In this document: one piece after another, positions 10,108 through 18,491 of the stretch
How the letters are laid out: every line of letters begins with the position of its first letter
Numbering within the stretch: position 1 is the stretch's first letter
Assembly: GCA_963832875.1 (NCBI GenBank)
Contig: CAWHWB010000014.1
Location: 992 to 64,991 of the forward strand
Reading direction: 5' to 3'
Length of the DNA stretch: 64,000 nucleotides
From: an uncultured Alphaproteobacteria bacterium
GTDB taxonomy: Bacteria; Pseudomonadota; Alphaproteobacteria; ATCC43930; CGMCC-115725
The notes under the pieces: model-generated
Told to the model about the DNA's origin: nothing
Seen by the model: the letters and a program-made list of their open reading frames with translations, nothing else
The model's database searches: none
Position numbers and translations under genes: made by a program

Positions 10108-11925
10108 ATGGATATTCCGTCCGAGAGGCCGGCAGAGACGGTCGGCAACGAGATCGACCGGCCGGCGCCGAGCGCGCCGTCGAACCGGGTGTGGGGCAGC
10201 GACGCGATCGCCGCGGCGATCCGCGAGCTCGACATCCCTTATGTCGCGCTGAACCCCGGGTCGAGCTATCGCGGCCTGCACGACAGCCTGGTCAACTACC
10301 TCGGCAATCGCCGTCCGCGCATGCTGCTGTGCCTGCACGAGGAGAGCGCGGTGGCGCTCGCGCACGGCTGGGCCAAGGTCACCGGCCGGCCGATGCTGGC
10401 CATCGTCCACGCCAATGTCGGGCTGATGCATGCGACGATGGCGATCTTCAACGCCTGGTGCGACCGGGCGCCGCTGATCGTGCTCGGCGCCACCGGCGCG
10501 CTCGACGCGACCCGGAGGCGACCGTGGATCGAATGGATTCACACCGCGCGCGACCAGGGGGCATTGATCCGCAACTTCATCAAATGGGACGATCAGCCCT
10601 CGTCGATCGGGGCGGCGCAGGAGGCCGTATTGCGCGCCAACGTAATCGCCCAGACCGCACCGCGCGGACCGGTTTATCTCAATTTCGACCTGGCCCTGCA
10701 GGAGGACGAGATCGAGACGGCGCCGCCGATGCCCGACATCGCCCGCTTTGCGCCGCCGTCCTCGCCTGAGCCGGGCGGCGCCTTGGTGCGGCGGGCGGCG
10801 GAATTGTTGGCGCGCGCCGAGCGGCCGATAATCCTGATGGGCCGTGGCTCGCGCGATCCCGAGGCTTGGCAGCGCCGGGTGGCCCTCGCCGAGGCAATCG
10901 GCGCGCGGGTCCTGACCGATCGCAAGACCGGTGCGGTGTTCCCGACCGACCATCCGCTGCATATCGGCGGGCCGGCCGGCTCGTCATCGCCCTCCGGCGC
11001 TGAAATTCCGGCGGCCGATGTGATCCTGAGCCTCGATTGGGTCGATCTCGCCGGCACACTGAAGGCCGCGTGCCAAGGTAGGCCGCCCGCCGGCAAGGTC
11101 ATCCAGATCTCTCCCGACCAGTATGTCCACAACGGCTGGAGCATGGATTACCAGGGCCTGCCCCCGACCGACGTCTATCTATTGGCTGATCCGGATGCGG
11201 CACTGCCGCCGCTCCTGGCCGCGGTCAAGGAGTTGCGCCCGAACCCGCCGGCGCTGCCGGTGGCGCGGGCGCGGCGCGCGCCGCCGCCATTGTCGGCGCT
11301 CGACACCGCCCCGATCATCGAGGTGCCGATGGCGGCAACGGCGCTAAAAGAGGTGCTGGGCGGCACCCCGGTCACGATGATCCGCCTGCCGCTCAGCTGG
11401 GCCGAGCATATGTGGGAGTTCCGCCACCCGCTCGATTTTCTCGGCACCGATGGCGGCGGCGGCATCGGCTCGGGGCCGGGGATGGCGGTCGGCGCCGCCC
11501 TGGCGCTGCGCGACAGCGGTAGCGGCCGGCTGCCGGTCGCGATCCTCGGCGACGGCGACTTTCTGATGGGGGTCACGGCGTTGTGGACGGCGGTGCACAA
11601 CGCGATCCCATTGCTGGTCGTGGTCGCCAACAACCGTTCGTTTTTCAACGACGAATTGCATCAGGAGCGGGTCGCGCGCGACCGCGGCCGGCCCATTGAA
11701 AACCGCTGGATCGGGCAGTCGATCCGTGAGCCCGAGATCGACCTCGCGACGCTCGCCCGCGGTCAGGGCTGCGTCGGCATCGGCCCGGTCGAGGACCCGA
11801 AAAAGCTGGTAGCGGCGATGACCGAGGCGGTCGCCGCAGTCCGCGCCGGCAAGGCTTGCGTCGTCGATGTCCGCGTCGCCGTCGGCTACGACCCCGCGGG
11901 AGCGGCCGGCATCATCGGGCGCTAG
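10108..11925 (+). CDS. Thiamine pyrophosphate-dependent enzyme (acetolactate synthase / benzoylformate decarboxylase superfamily)
   Basis: ATG at 10108 after gggag. Has N-terminal TPP_N blocks (YVALNPGSSYRGLHDSL, CLHEESAVALAHGWAKVTGRP) and a C-terminal GDGDF...NN TPP-binding motif (ILGDGDFLMGVTALWTAVHNAIPLLVVVANNRSF). Confidence 0.85.
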   Translation: MDIPSERPAETVGNEIDRPAPSAPSNRVWGSDAIAAAIRELDIPYVALNPGSSYRGLHDSLVNYLGNRRPRMLLCLHEESAVALAHGWAKVTGRPMLAIVHANVGLMHATMAIFNAWCDRAPLIVLGATGALDATRRRPWIEWIHTARDQGALIRNFIKWDDQPSSIGAAQEAVLRANVIAQTAPRGPVYLNFDLALQEDEIETAPPMPDIARFAPPSSPEPGGALVRRAAELLARAERPIILMGRGSRDPEAWQRRVALAEAIGARVLTDRKTGAVFPTDHPLHIGGPAGSSSPSGAEIPAADVILSLDWVDLAGTLKAACQGRPPAGKVIQISPDQYVHNGWSMDYQGLPPTDVYLLADPDAALPPLLAAVKELRPNPPALPVARARRAPPPLSALDTAPIIEVPMAATALKEVLGGTPVTMIRLPLSWAEHMWEFRHPLDFLGTDGGGGIGSGPGMAVGAALALRDSGSGRLPVAILGDGDFLMGVTALWTAVHNAIPLLVVVANNRSFFNDELHQERVARDRGRPIENRWIGQSIREPEIDLATLARGQGCVGIGPVEDPKKLVAAMTEAVAAVRAGKACVVDVRVAVGYDPAGAAGIIGR

Positions 11926-11933
11926 CCGGGCTG

Positions 11934-12329
11934 CTAACGGCCGGCGACCTGCCGAACCAGCTCCGAATAGGGCGAGGGCCGCCGGTCTATGGTGCAGAAG
12001 AAGGAGGGCTCGGCGATCGCCTGCGCGATCAGCACCCGGTCGAACGGGTCGCGGTGCAGGAGGGGAGTTCGGCAACGAGCGCGGCTGTGCTCGAACGGAA
12101 GGGCCAGTTCGGTCAGGCCGGCGTCGACTGCTTCGCGGACGATCTCCACGGGGTCCACCACGAAATCGGCGCGACGCAGACCCGCCTTGATCGCAATTTC
12201 CCAGATGCTGGTAGCGCTGAACAAGACTTCATTGGCGTCTGATCGGATCGTAGTTCGGGTATCCTGATCGAGCCGCTCGGGTGCCACCAATGCCCACGAC
12301 AGGACATGGGTGTCGAGCAGAGCCCACAC
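11934..12329 (-). CDS. vapC: Type II toxin VapC (PIN domain ribonuclease)
   Basis: 131 aa. Starts LLDTHVLSW (first acidic PIN residue), then SATSIWEIAIK and HRDPFDRVLIAQA. The start overlaps the stop of the upstream antitoxin. Confidence 0.85.
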   Translation of the reverse strand: MWALLDTHVLSWALVAPERLDQDTRTTIRSDANEVLFSATSIWEIAIKAGLRRADFVVDPVEIVREAVDAGLTELALPFEHSRARCRTPLLHRDPFDRVLIAQAIAEPSFFCTIDRRPSPYSELVRQVAGR

Positions 12330-12571
12330 TAACGACCCTCGAACGCGTCGAGAATATCGTCCGGCAGCGGCGCATCGAAATCCTCGAGGATCTTCACTTT
12401 ACCCGCCAAACCTTCGAGGCGTCGCTTGGGCTGCGCATTGCCGAGCGGCAGCAGCCGGGCGACCGGCCTGCGGGCTTTGGCGATCACAATCTCCTCGCCT
12501 TGGGCGGCATCATCGACGCGCCGCGAAAGGCGGGTTTTCGCTGCATGGATATTCACGGTCCGCATCGGCAC
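12329..12571 (-). CDS. Phd/YefM-type antitoxin partner of VapC
   Basis: 80 aa. Has RTVNIHAAKTRLSRRVDDAAQGEEIVIAKARRPVARLLP and a C-terminal acidic tail. The start is GTG at 12571 or ATG at 12565. Confidence 0.8.
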   Translation of the reverse strand: MPMRTVNIHAAKTRLSRRVDDAAQGEEIVIAKARRPVARLLPLGNAQPKRRLEGLAGKVKILEDFDAPLPDDILDAFEGR

Positions 12572-12582
12572 TCGGTAGATAA

Positions 12583-12594
12583 ACTAAGCTTAGT
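12583..12594. promoter_or_regulatory. Perfect 12-bp palindrome ACTAAGCTTAGT, candidate antitoxin operator
   Basis: Lies 12 nt upstream of the antitoxin start, within a run of CTAAG/CTTAG half-sites (aaaCTAAGCTTAGtCTAAGgCTAAtc) in an AT-rich patch. Confidence 0.4.
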
Positions 12595-12651
12595 CTAAGG
12601 CTAATCACCCTCGACCTGTCAAAGCCGTTCTTCGAAAGCCGTTACGCGCCT

Positions 12652-13638
12652 TTAGAGCGGGCCGTTGGGGAGGACCAGCACCTTGCCGCCGCGGTGGCCG
12701 CGCTGGGCGTGGGCGAGCGCGGCTTTGATGTCCTCGATCGGATAGGTAGCATCGATCGGCGCCTTGAGGACGCCGTCGCGGAGTTTGGCGGCGAGGTCAG
12801 CATAGATTCCCCGCACCTGCGCGCGGGTACGCTTGGCGAGGCCGTCGCCGAGCATGAAAGCCTTGAGAGCGATCCCCCTCCCCAGCGCCGCACGGCTGAT
12901 CACCAGATCGGCGCCGCTCATCGAGCCGTAGCTGACCATGACCCCACCCTCGGCGAGGCAGTCGGCGATGCGCTTGCAGGCTTCGCCCGACACCGCGTCG
13001 ATGCCGAGCTGGATCGACGCCCCGCCGATGGCGCGATGCGCGCGCTCGGCCAGATCCGGACCGTCGACCAGCACGATGTCCGCCCCCAGCGCCATCAGCT
13101 CGGCGGCGACGTCGTCGCGGCGCACCACATTGACCGTGCGTACGCCCTTCGACTTGGCCAGCACGATCAGGTGGCGGCCGACCGCCGAGTTGGCGACGTC
13201 CTGGATCACCCAGTCGCCGGGCTTTAGCGTGACATGGTCTTCGAGCAGCAAGAGAGCCGTCGCCGGGTTGATGCGAAGCATCGCCGCCTGCGCCAGATCG
13301 AGCCCCGACGGCAACGGGATGGCGTCTGCGGCTGGGATGCGCCGGCGCTGCACCCAATTCTCGCGTTGCATGTGGATCACGAGATCGCCTGGCCGGATGT
13401 CCCTGACATCGGCGCCGACCGCGGCGACCCGGCCCACGCATTCCGCACCCGGCGTCGCCGGCAATGGCGGATGCAGCCGGTAGTTGCCGCGGCAGAACGA
13501 GATGTCAGCCGGATTGATCGGAAACGCCAGCACATCAAAGACGATCTCGCCCGCCCCCGGGGCGCCGACTTCGGGGGCCTCGACGCAATGAGCGACGTTT
13601 TCGGGTGTTCCGTAATCGGTGATCTCGACCTTTTTCAT
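12652..13638 (-). CDS. Medium-chain (zinc-type) dehydrogenase/reductase, quinone oxidoreductase or enoyl reductase-like
   Basis: ATG at 13638 preceded by ggaggaga. Contains FPINPADISFCRGNY, PGAECVGRVAAVG and a Rossmann block VIQDVANSAVGRHLIVLAK. Confidence 0.85.
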   Translation of the reverse strand: MKKVEITDYGTPENVAHCVEAPEVGAPGAGEIVFDVLAFPINPADISFCRGNYRLHPPLPATPGAECVGRVAAVGADVRDIRPGDLVIHMQRENWVQRRRIPAADAIPLPSGLDLAQAAMLRINPATALLLLEDHVTLKPGDWVIQDVANSAVGRHLIVLAKSKGVRTVNVVRRDDVAAELMALGADIVLVDGPDLAERAHRAIGGASIQLGIDAVSGEACKRIADCLAEGGVMVSYGSMSGADLVISRAALGRGIALKAFMLGDGLAKRTRAQVRGIYADLAAKLRDGVLKAPIDATYPIEDIKAALAHAQRGHRGGKVLVLPNGPL

Positions 13639-13762
13639 CGTCTCCTCCCGCCCTGGCCCCAATCACACCAAGTCTCCGGCTATTATGCGCCGGATCGGCG
13701 GCGCGTCCATGCCGGCGAAGTCTCGGCGATCAAGTGTTGAGCCGGGTGAGGGCCGCCGGTTG

Positions 13763-13771
13763 TTATCCACA
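13763..13771 (+). promoter_or_regulatory. Consensus DnaA box TTATCCACA in the divergent intergenic region
   Basis: Exact 9-mer between the oxidoreductase start (13638, minus) and the kamA-like start (13833, plus). It is a single copy. Confidence 0.3.
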
Positions 13772-13832
13772 TACGTCGGGCCCCGTGGCAGACTGGTTGC
13801 CAAGCCCGCGGGCGACGCAGAGAGGACCGAGC

Positions 13833-14918
13833 TTGACCCTGCGTGCGAAGGATCTAGTTTCCGCCGGGCTCGCCCCACCCGAGCGGCTCGACGGAATCCG
13901 GCGGGTGGCGGAGCAATTCGCGGTCGCCGTGACCGAGGACATGGCCGCACTGGTCGATCCGGCCGATCCGAATGACCCGATCGCGGCGCAGTTCGTGCCG
14001 CATGCCGCCGAGCTTGCGGTCGCCGCCGAGGAGCTGGCCGACCCGATCGGCGACCGGCGCTGGTCGCCGGTGCCCGGCATCGTCCATCGCCATCCCGACC
14101 GGGTGCTGCTGAAGCCGACCCTGTTGTGCCCGGTCTATTGCCGCTTTTGCTTTCGCCGCGAGGCGGTCGGCAAAACGGACGCGATGCTGGGGCCGGTCGA
14201 GCTCGAGCGCGCCTTCGCATACATCCTGCGGCATTCGGAGATCTGGGAGGTCATCGTCACCGGCGGCGACCCGTTTGTGCTGGCGCCGCGCCGCCTCGCC
14301 GAGATAGTGCGCACGCTCGAAGCCATCGAGCATATCGCCGTCATTCGCTTTCACACCCGCGTTCCGATCGTCGACCCCGGCCGGGTCGGCCCGGCATTGC
14401 TCGCTGCCCTGGCGGCGGAAAAAGCGGTCTACGTCGTGGTCCACGCGAACCATCCGCGCGAGCTGACGACGCGGGCGCGCGAGGCGGTCGGAAAACTCAC
14501 TCGGGCCGGCATCCCGGTCTTGTCGCAGACCGTGCTGCTGCACGGGGTCAATGACGACGCGGCGGTGCTCGAAGCGTTGTTTCGCGGTCTCGTTGCGATG
14601 CGGATCAAGCCCTATTACCTGCACCACGCCGATCTGGCTCGCGGCACCGCGCATTTTCGCACCGGGATCGCTGAGGGCCAAAACCTCGTGCGCGCTCTGC
14701 GCGCCCAAAGCTCGGGGCTATGCCAGCCGACCTACGTGCTCGATATCCCGGGCGGCTGGGGCAAGGCGCCGCTCGCCCCGAGTGCCGCCGCCCGCGACCT
14801 CGCGACCAGTGGATGGACCGTCGAGGACGGCGCCGGCGGCCGGCATGCCTATCCGCCGGACCCCGGCGATGCGGCCGAATCCGGAGTCCGAAATTGGCAG
14901 GACCCGACGCTCCGGTAA
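13833..14918 (+). CDS. Lysine 2,3-aminomutase family radical SAM enzyme (KamA/EpmB-like)
   Basis: CPVYCRFCFRRE (CxxxCxxC), EVIVTGGDPF, IRFHTRVPIVDP and KPYYLHHADLARGTAHFR. The likely start is TTG at 13833, 7 nt after agagga. The track ORF begins at 13734. Confidence 0.85.
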   Translation: MTLRAKDLVSAGLAPPERLDGIRRVAEQFAVAVTEDMAALVDPADPNDPIAAQFVPHAAELAVAAEELADPIGDRRWSPVPGIVHRHPDRVLLKPTLLCPVYCRFCFRREAVGKTDAMLGPVELERAFAYILRHSEIWEVIVTGGDPFVLAPRRLAEIVRTLEAIEHIAVIRFHTRVPIVDPGRVGPALLAALAAEKAVYVVVHANHPRELTTRAREAVGKLTRAGIPVLSQTVLLHGVNDDAAVLEALFRGLVAMRIKPYYLHHADLARGTAHFRTGIAEGQNLVRALRAQSSGLCQPTYVLDIPGGWGKAPLAPSAAARDLATSGWTVEDGAGGRHAYPPDPGDAAESGVRNWQDPTLR

Positions 14919-16612
14919 TCATCGTCATCGGCAGCGACGCACTGGCGCTCGGCACGGCCGAGGAACTGTGCGCGCTCCAGGGGCACCGCGTCGTTGTCCT
15001 GTGGCACGAGAACACGGAGCTGGTCCGCACCGTGGAAGGAATTGGCGCCATCCTCGTGACTGCCCAACCGGACAGCGCCGAAGGGCTGCATTGCGCCGGC
15101 GTCGGTGATGCCGTCACGATCCTGGCGCTGTCAGCCGACGACCAGCTGAATTTGCACGCGGCGCTGCTGGCGCGCGACGCCAATCCGCGCATTCGCATCG
15201 TTCTGCGCCAGTTCAACCGAACGCTCGCCCGCAAGATCGAGCAGAACCTGCCAAACTGCTCTGTCCTGTCGCTGGCGCGGCATTCGGCGGCGACCTACGC
15301 GGCGGCTGCAGTCGACTCTTCCGCTATCTTCGGGCTGCAATTTCCCGAATCCGATGGGCCGCTCACCGCCTTCGCTGCGCGCAACGCCGAGCGCTGCGGT
15401 GCCGGAGGTAGCACCGTCTTTGCGGCGGAGCAGGCGCTTGGCGCTCGGATCGTTTCAGTCGACGGCGAGACCGAGTTCGCGCGCGACGCGGTGATTGCCG
15501 ATCGAGCCGTTCTCGTCGTCTACGGCAAGGTTGCCGAACTGCAAATCACGTCGCCGCGACCACCGCTCGATCGGATTCGCGCGGGGATCGGCCTCCGACT
15601 GAGCGCGCTGTGGCGCCGCGGCGGGCATCATTCGCACCGGGTCAATCCGATCCTTGCCTGGCTCGCGGCAGCCGCGCTCGCCGTTTTCGTGACAGCGACC
15701 GCCTATTTCCAGACGGTCTTTGGCGACAGCTGGCTCGATGCCGCCTATTTCGTCGTCGCGACGATGACGACGACCGGTTATGGCGACGTCACCCCCAACC
15801 GGAACAACCCGGTCGAAATCGTCGCTGCCATGCTGCTGATGCTGTCCGGCATCACCTTGACCGGGCTGTTCATCGCCTTCGGCGCGTCGCTGCTGACGCC
15901 AATTTACTGGGTCAAGATGCAGGGATTGCGCCCGCTCCATCGCCGCGGGCATATCATCGTCTGCGGCGCCGGCTCGATCGGCTCCGAGGTCATCGAGCTG
16001 CTGATCGGCCTGGGCAGACGCCTCGTTGTCATCGAGCGCGATCCGGACGCCGCGATCATCGAGTTGGCGCGCGAGCGACGGTTCGATCTGTTGACCGGGG
16101 ATGCGAGCCGCGACGCGACGCTCGATCTGTGCAACCTCGAGGCCGCGCATGGGCTCGTGGCCCTGACCAATGTTGATACGTTGAACCTCGAAATCGGGCT
16201 CGGCGCACGCGCCCGCAATCCGACGATGCCGATTGTCTTGCGGATCGCCGAGGCGAGCTTCGCCGCGTCGATTGCCCGCCATTTCGAGTTCGAGACGACG
16301 TTTTCGGCAGCGGCGCTCGCCGCCCCCGCTTTTGTCGGCTTGTCGCGTTTTGCCGGATCGCGAGGCCGGGTCGCGTTTGCCGGTCAAGAGTTTGCGATCG
16401 GCGAGTACCCGATCGGCGCGAATTCGCAGCCGACCCCGCCGAATGACGCTATCGTCCTCGCGGTCTCGCGCGACGGCAATTTCGCGTTGACCCGCGATCT
16501 CACCGACTTCGTTCCCGGAGATCGAGTGCTGATCATCGTCCCGCTGGCGCCGTTCCGGGAGGGGAGGGACACGCTTGCCGCTGCGGCCGAGCGCTTCCTT
16601 CACCGCATCTGA
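14894..16612 (+). CDS. Potassium channel with RCK/TrkA-N domains on both sides of a 2-TM pore
   Basis: Selectivity filter TMTTTGYGDV. Has an N-terminal Rossmann block (VIIVIGSDALALGTAEEL...) and a C-terminal one (HIIVCGAGSIGSEVIELL...). The first beta-strand begins at the kamA stop codon, so the start must lie inside kamA. TTG at 14894 after ggag is the nearest candidate. Confidence 0.8.
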   Translation: MAGPDAPVIIVIGSDALALGTAEELCALQGHRVVVLWHENTELVRTVEGIGAILVTAQPDSAEGLHCAGVGDAVTILALSADDQLNLHAALLARDANPRIRIVLRQFNRTLARKIEQNLPNCSVLSLARHSAATYAAAAVDSSAIFGLQFPESDGPLTAFAARNAERCGAGGSTVFAAEQALGARIVSVDGETEFARDAVIADRAVLVVYGKVAELQITSPRPPLDRIRAGIGLRLSALWRRGGHHSHRVNPILAWLAAAALAVFVTATAYFQTVFGDSWLDAAYFVVATMTTTGYGDVTPNRNNPVEIVAAMLLMLSGITLTGLFIAFGASLLTPIYWVKMQGLRPLHRRGHIIVCGAGSIGSEVIELLIGLGRRLVVIERDPDAAIIELARERRFDLLTGDASRDATLDLCNLEAAHGLVALTNVDTLNLEIGLGARARNPTMPIVLRIAEASFAASIARHFEFETTFSAAALAAPAFVGLSRFAGSRGRVAFAGQEFAIGEYPIGANSQPTPPNDAIVLAVSRDGNFALTRDLTDFVPGDRVLIIVPLAPFREGRDTLAAAAERFLHRI

Positions 16613-16793
16613 AACTCTGGCCACGGCCTTTCGCCGGCTACTGCCACGCGTTGCCTCCACCATCGCGAGCCGCCGGTCGAGACCGGTTGAGGACGGTCGC
16701 AGGTTGGCACTGGCGCAGCTTCAAATCGGACCTGCCGCGCCCATAACCTCGGTCCTTTGCGGCGTGGAAGGATGACCCGATAGTTACCGGACG

Positions 16794-17852
16794 ATGACTA
16801 TCGCGACCTGGTTTCACCAGTTGGGCACCGCTTCGGCGGGGACGTTGCCGCACAGCGTCTACCGCTATGTGCTGGCAACGAGTGGCCTGCATCAGCTGCC
16901 ATTACTGGCGCTGACCGCGGTCGTCGCCCTGATCGAGGTGGTCCCGCTCGAATTGCAGCGCCGGATCGTCGACAATCTGGTCAAGCACCGCCCGTTTTCC
17001 TCGGTGCTGGTGCTGGGTGCCGTCTATGCCGGGATCGTCCTATTCCAGGGCGGCACCAAGCTCGTGCTCAACATCTATCGCGCCTGGGTCGGCGAGCGGG
17101 CCAAGCGCGAGCTGAGGCGGCGGGTCCACGTCTTTGTCGAGACCCCGGCCGCAGCCTCGCCGGCGGTCGAAGCGCAAGGCATCGCTACCTCGATGATCGT
17201 CGCCGAAGTCGAGCCGATCGGCGGTTTCGTCGGCCAGAGCATCTCCGAGCCGCTGCTGCAGGCCGGGACCATGCTGTCGGTGTCGGCCTACCTGATACAC
17301 GTCGACATTTGGATGGCGCTCGCCGCGTTCGGGCTGTTCATCCCCCAGCTGGTCGTCGTCCCGCTGCTGCAGGCTGCGCTGAACCGGCGCACCGGCGCCC
17401 GCGTCCAGGTGCTGCGCCGGCTCGGCGCCGCGATGATCGGCGGGGCCGAGCGAGCGGACGACGCGAGCAACCGCGCCGACGACCAGCGGATCAACCAGGT
17501 CTTTGCGCTCGAAATGGGAATCTTCAAGCTCAGGTTCACGACCAATTTCTTGATGAATGTCTCCAATCACCTGCAAGTCGTCGCGGCACTGCTGGTCGGC
17601 GGCTGGGCGGTGCTCAGCGGCCGGCTGGTCATCGGCGGCGTCGTCGCCTTCATCTCCGGGATCGGGCGGGTGAAGGACCCGTGGGGCGACCTGGTTCATT
17701 ACTTTCGCGACGCCAACATCACCCAGATCAAGTACCGCCTGCTGGCCGACGCCGTTAATCAGCTCGCCCCGGCCGATCGGGCCCGAGCCGAGGCCGAGCC
17801 CGGCGCCGGCACCCCCCTCCCATCCCCTCCCGCGAACGCGGGGGAGGGTTAG
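16794..17852 (+). CDS. ABC-transporter-type transmembrane domain protein without an ATPase domain
   Basis: 352 aa with six hydrophobic segments and ABC_membrane-like spacing (LELQRRIVDNL..., VEPIGGFVGQSISEPLLQ, FKLRFTTNFLMN). There are no Walker motifs. The last ~12 codons are encoded by a REP-like palindrome. Confidence 0.6.
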   Translation: MTIATWFHQLGTASAGTLPHSVYRYVLATSGLHQLPLLALTAVVALIEVVPLELQRRIVDNLVKHRPFSSVLVLGAVYAGIVLFQGGTKLVLNIYRAWVGERAKRELRRRVHVFVETPAAASPAVEAQGIATSMIVAEVEPIGGFVGQSISEPLLQAGTMLSVSAYLIHVDIWMALAAFGLFIPQLVVVPLLQAALNRRTGARVQVLRRLGAAMIGGAERADDASNRADDQRINQVFALEMGIFKLRFTTNFLMNVSNHLQVVAALLVGGWAVLSGRLVIGGVVAFISGIGRVKDPWGDLVHYFRDANITQIKYRLLADAVNQLAPADRARAEAEPGAGTPLPSPPANAGEG

Positions 17853-17860
17853 GGTGGGGC
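17824..17860. repeat. GC-rich REP-like palindromic element, copy 1
   Basis: The sequence cccctcccgcgaacgcgggggagggttagggtgggg has an imperfect hairpin (ccctcccgcg / cgcggg(gg)aggg) followed by gggttagggtgggg. It lies between convergent genes. Confidence 0.5.
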
Positions 17861-17964
17861 TACGATCTGGGGGAGGCGGGTGAGTGTTCAGGCGCCAGGT
17901 TCTCGCCACTGCGAGCGCGGTCTCCTCTCCGGCGACAACTGCAGCCGGCACTTGGCCCAGCCAA

Positions 17965-18477
17965 TCACGAGACGAGGCAGTTCGTCCCGGCATCGCGATT
18001 GACAGGTTTGGCGTCGGGGGTCTTGAACGGCACCCCTTCGCCGGGGCGGCTGCCGATTTTCCTCAGGTCGATTGCGACCGGCGGTTTCGCCGGATCGGGC
18101 CCGGCCAGGATCGTGCCGCCCGAGACCCGCTCTCGGCGCTGCGGCCAGACAAATTCGAATTGCTCGATGCGGCGGCCGGTGCCGCTCGGAATGTAAACGG
18201 GGCCGCTAAGCCGAAACACCCGGGCGCCGCTCTCGGCCTCGCCGCCCTTGGAACCGCCGATCTGGGAGCCCACCGGACGGCCGGTCTGCGCCCAAACCAC
18301 GCTGTCGCCGCGGAACCAGGCGTTGAGCGCCGCGGTGTCGTCGTGCTCGCCGTCGCCCCACAAAACCGGCCCGGCGACCGTGCATTTCGAGGTGTCTGCC
18401 GCCCCGGCCGGCGCGGCGGCCCAAACTGACGCGGCGGAGAGCGCGATCGCGACGAAGGCGGCCAGGATGCGGGTCAT
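17965..18477 (-). CDS. Hypothetical secreted protein
   Basis: ATG at 18477 and signal peptide MTRILAAFVAIALSAASVWAAAPAGA. It begins 15 nt after the HpaB-family gene stop. I recognise no family. Confidence 0.5.
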   Translation of the reverse strand: MTRILAAFVAIALSAASVWAAAPAGAADTSKCTVAGPVLWGDGEHDDTAALNAWFRGDSVVWAQTGRPVGSQIGGSKGGEAESGARVFRLSGPVYIPSGTGRRIEQFEFVWPQRRERVSGGTILAGPDPAKPPVAIDLRKIGSRPGEGVPFKTPDAKPVNRDAGTNCLVS

Positions 18478-18491
18478 TTCACACGCATGGG

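Noticed and set aside
8482-10962. 826-aa ORF on the minus strand. Similar very long ORFs occur at 53245..54783(-), 15455..16663(-), 24390..25772(+), 43058..44401(+), 37383..38462(-), 57483..58694(-) and 46347..47390(+).
   Set aside because: All lie antisense to genes with clear conserved motifs. They have Arg/Ala/Gly/Pro-dominated composition and no recognisable domains. They are typical stop-poor shadow frames of GC-rich DNA.
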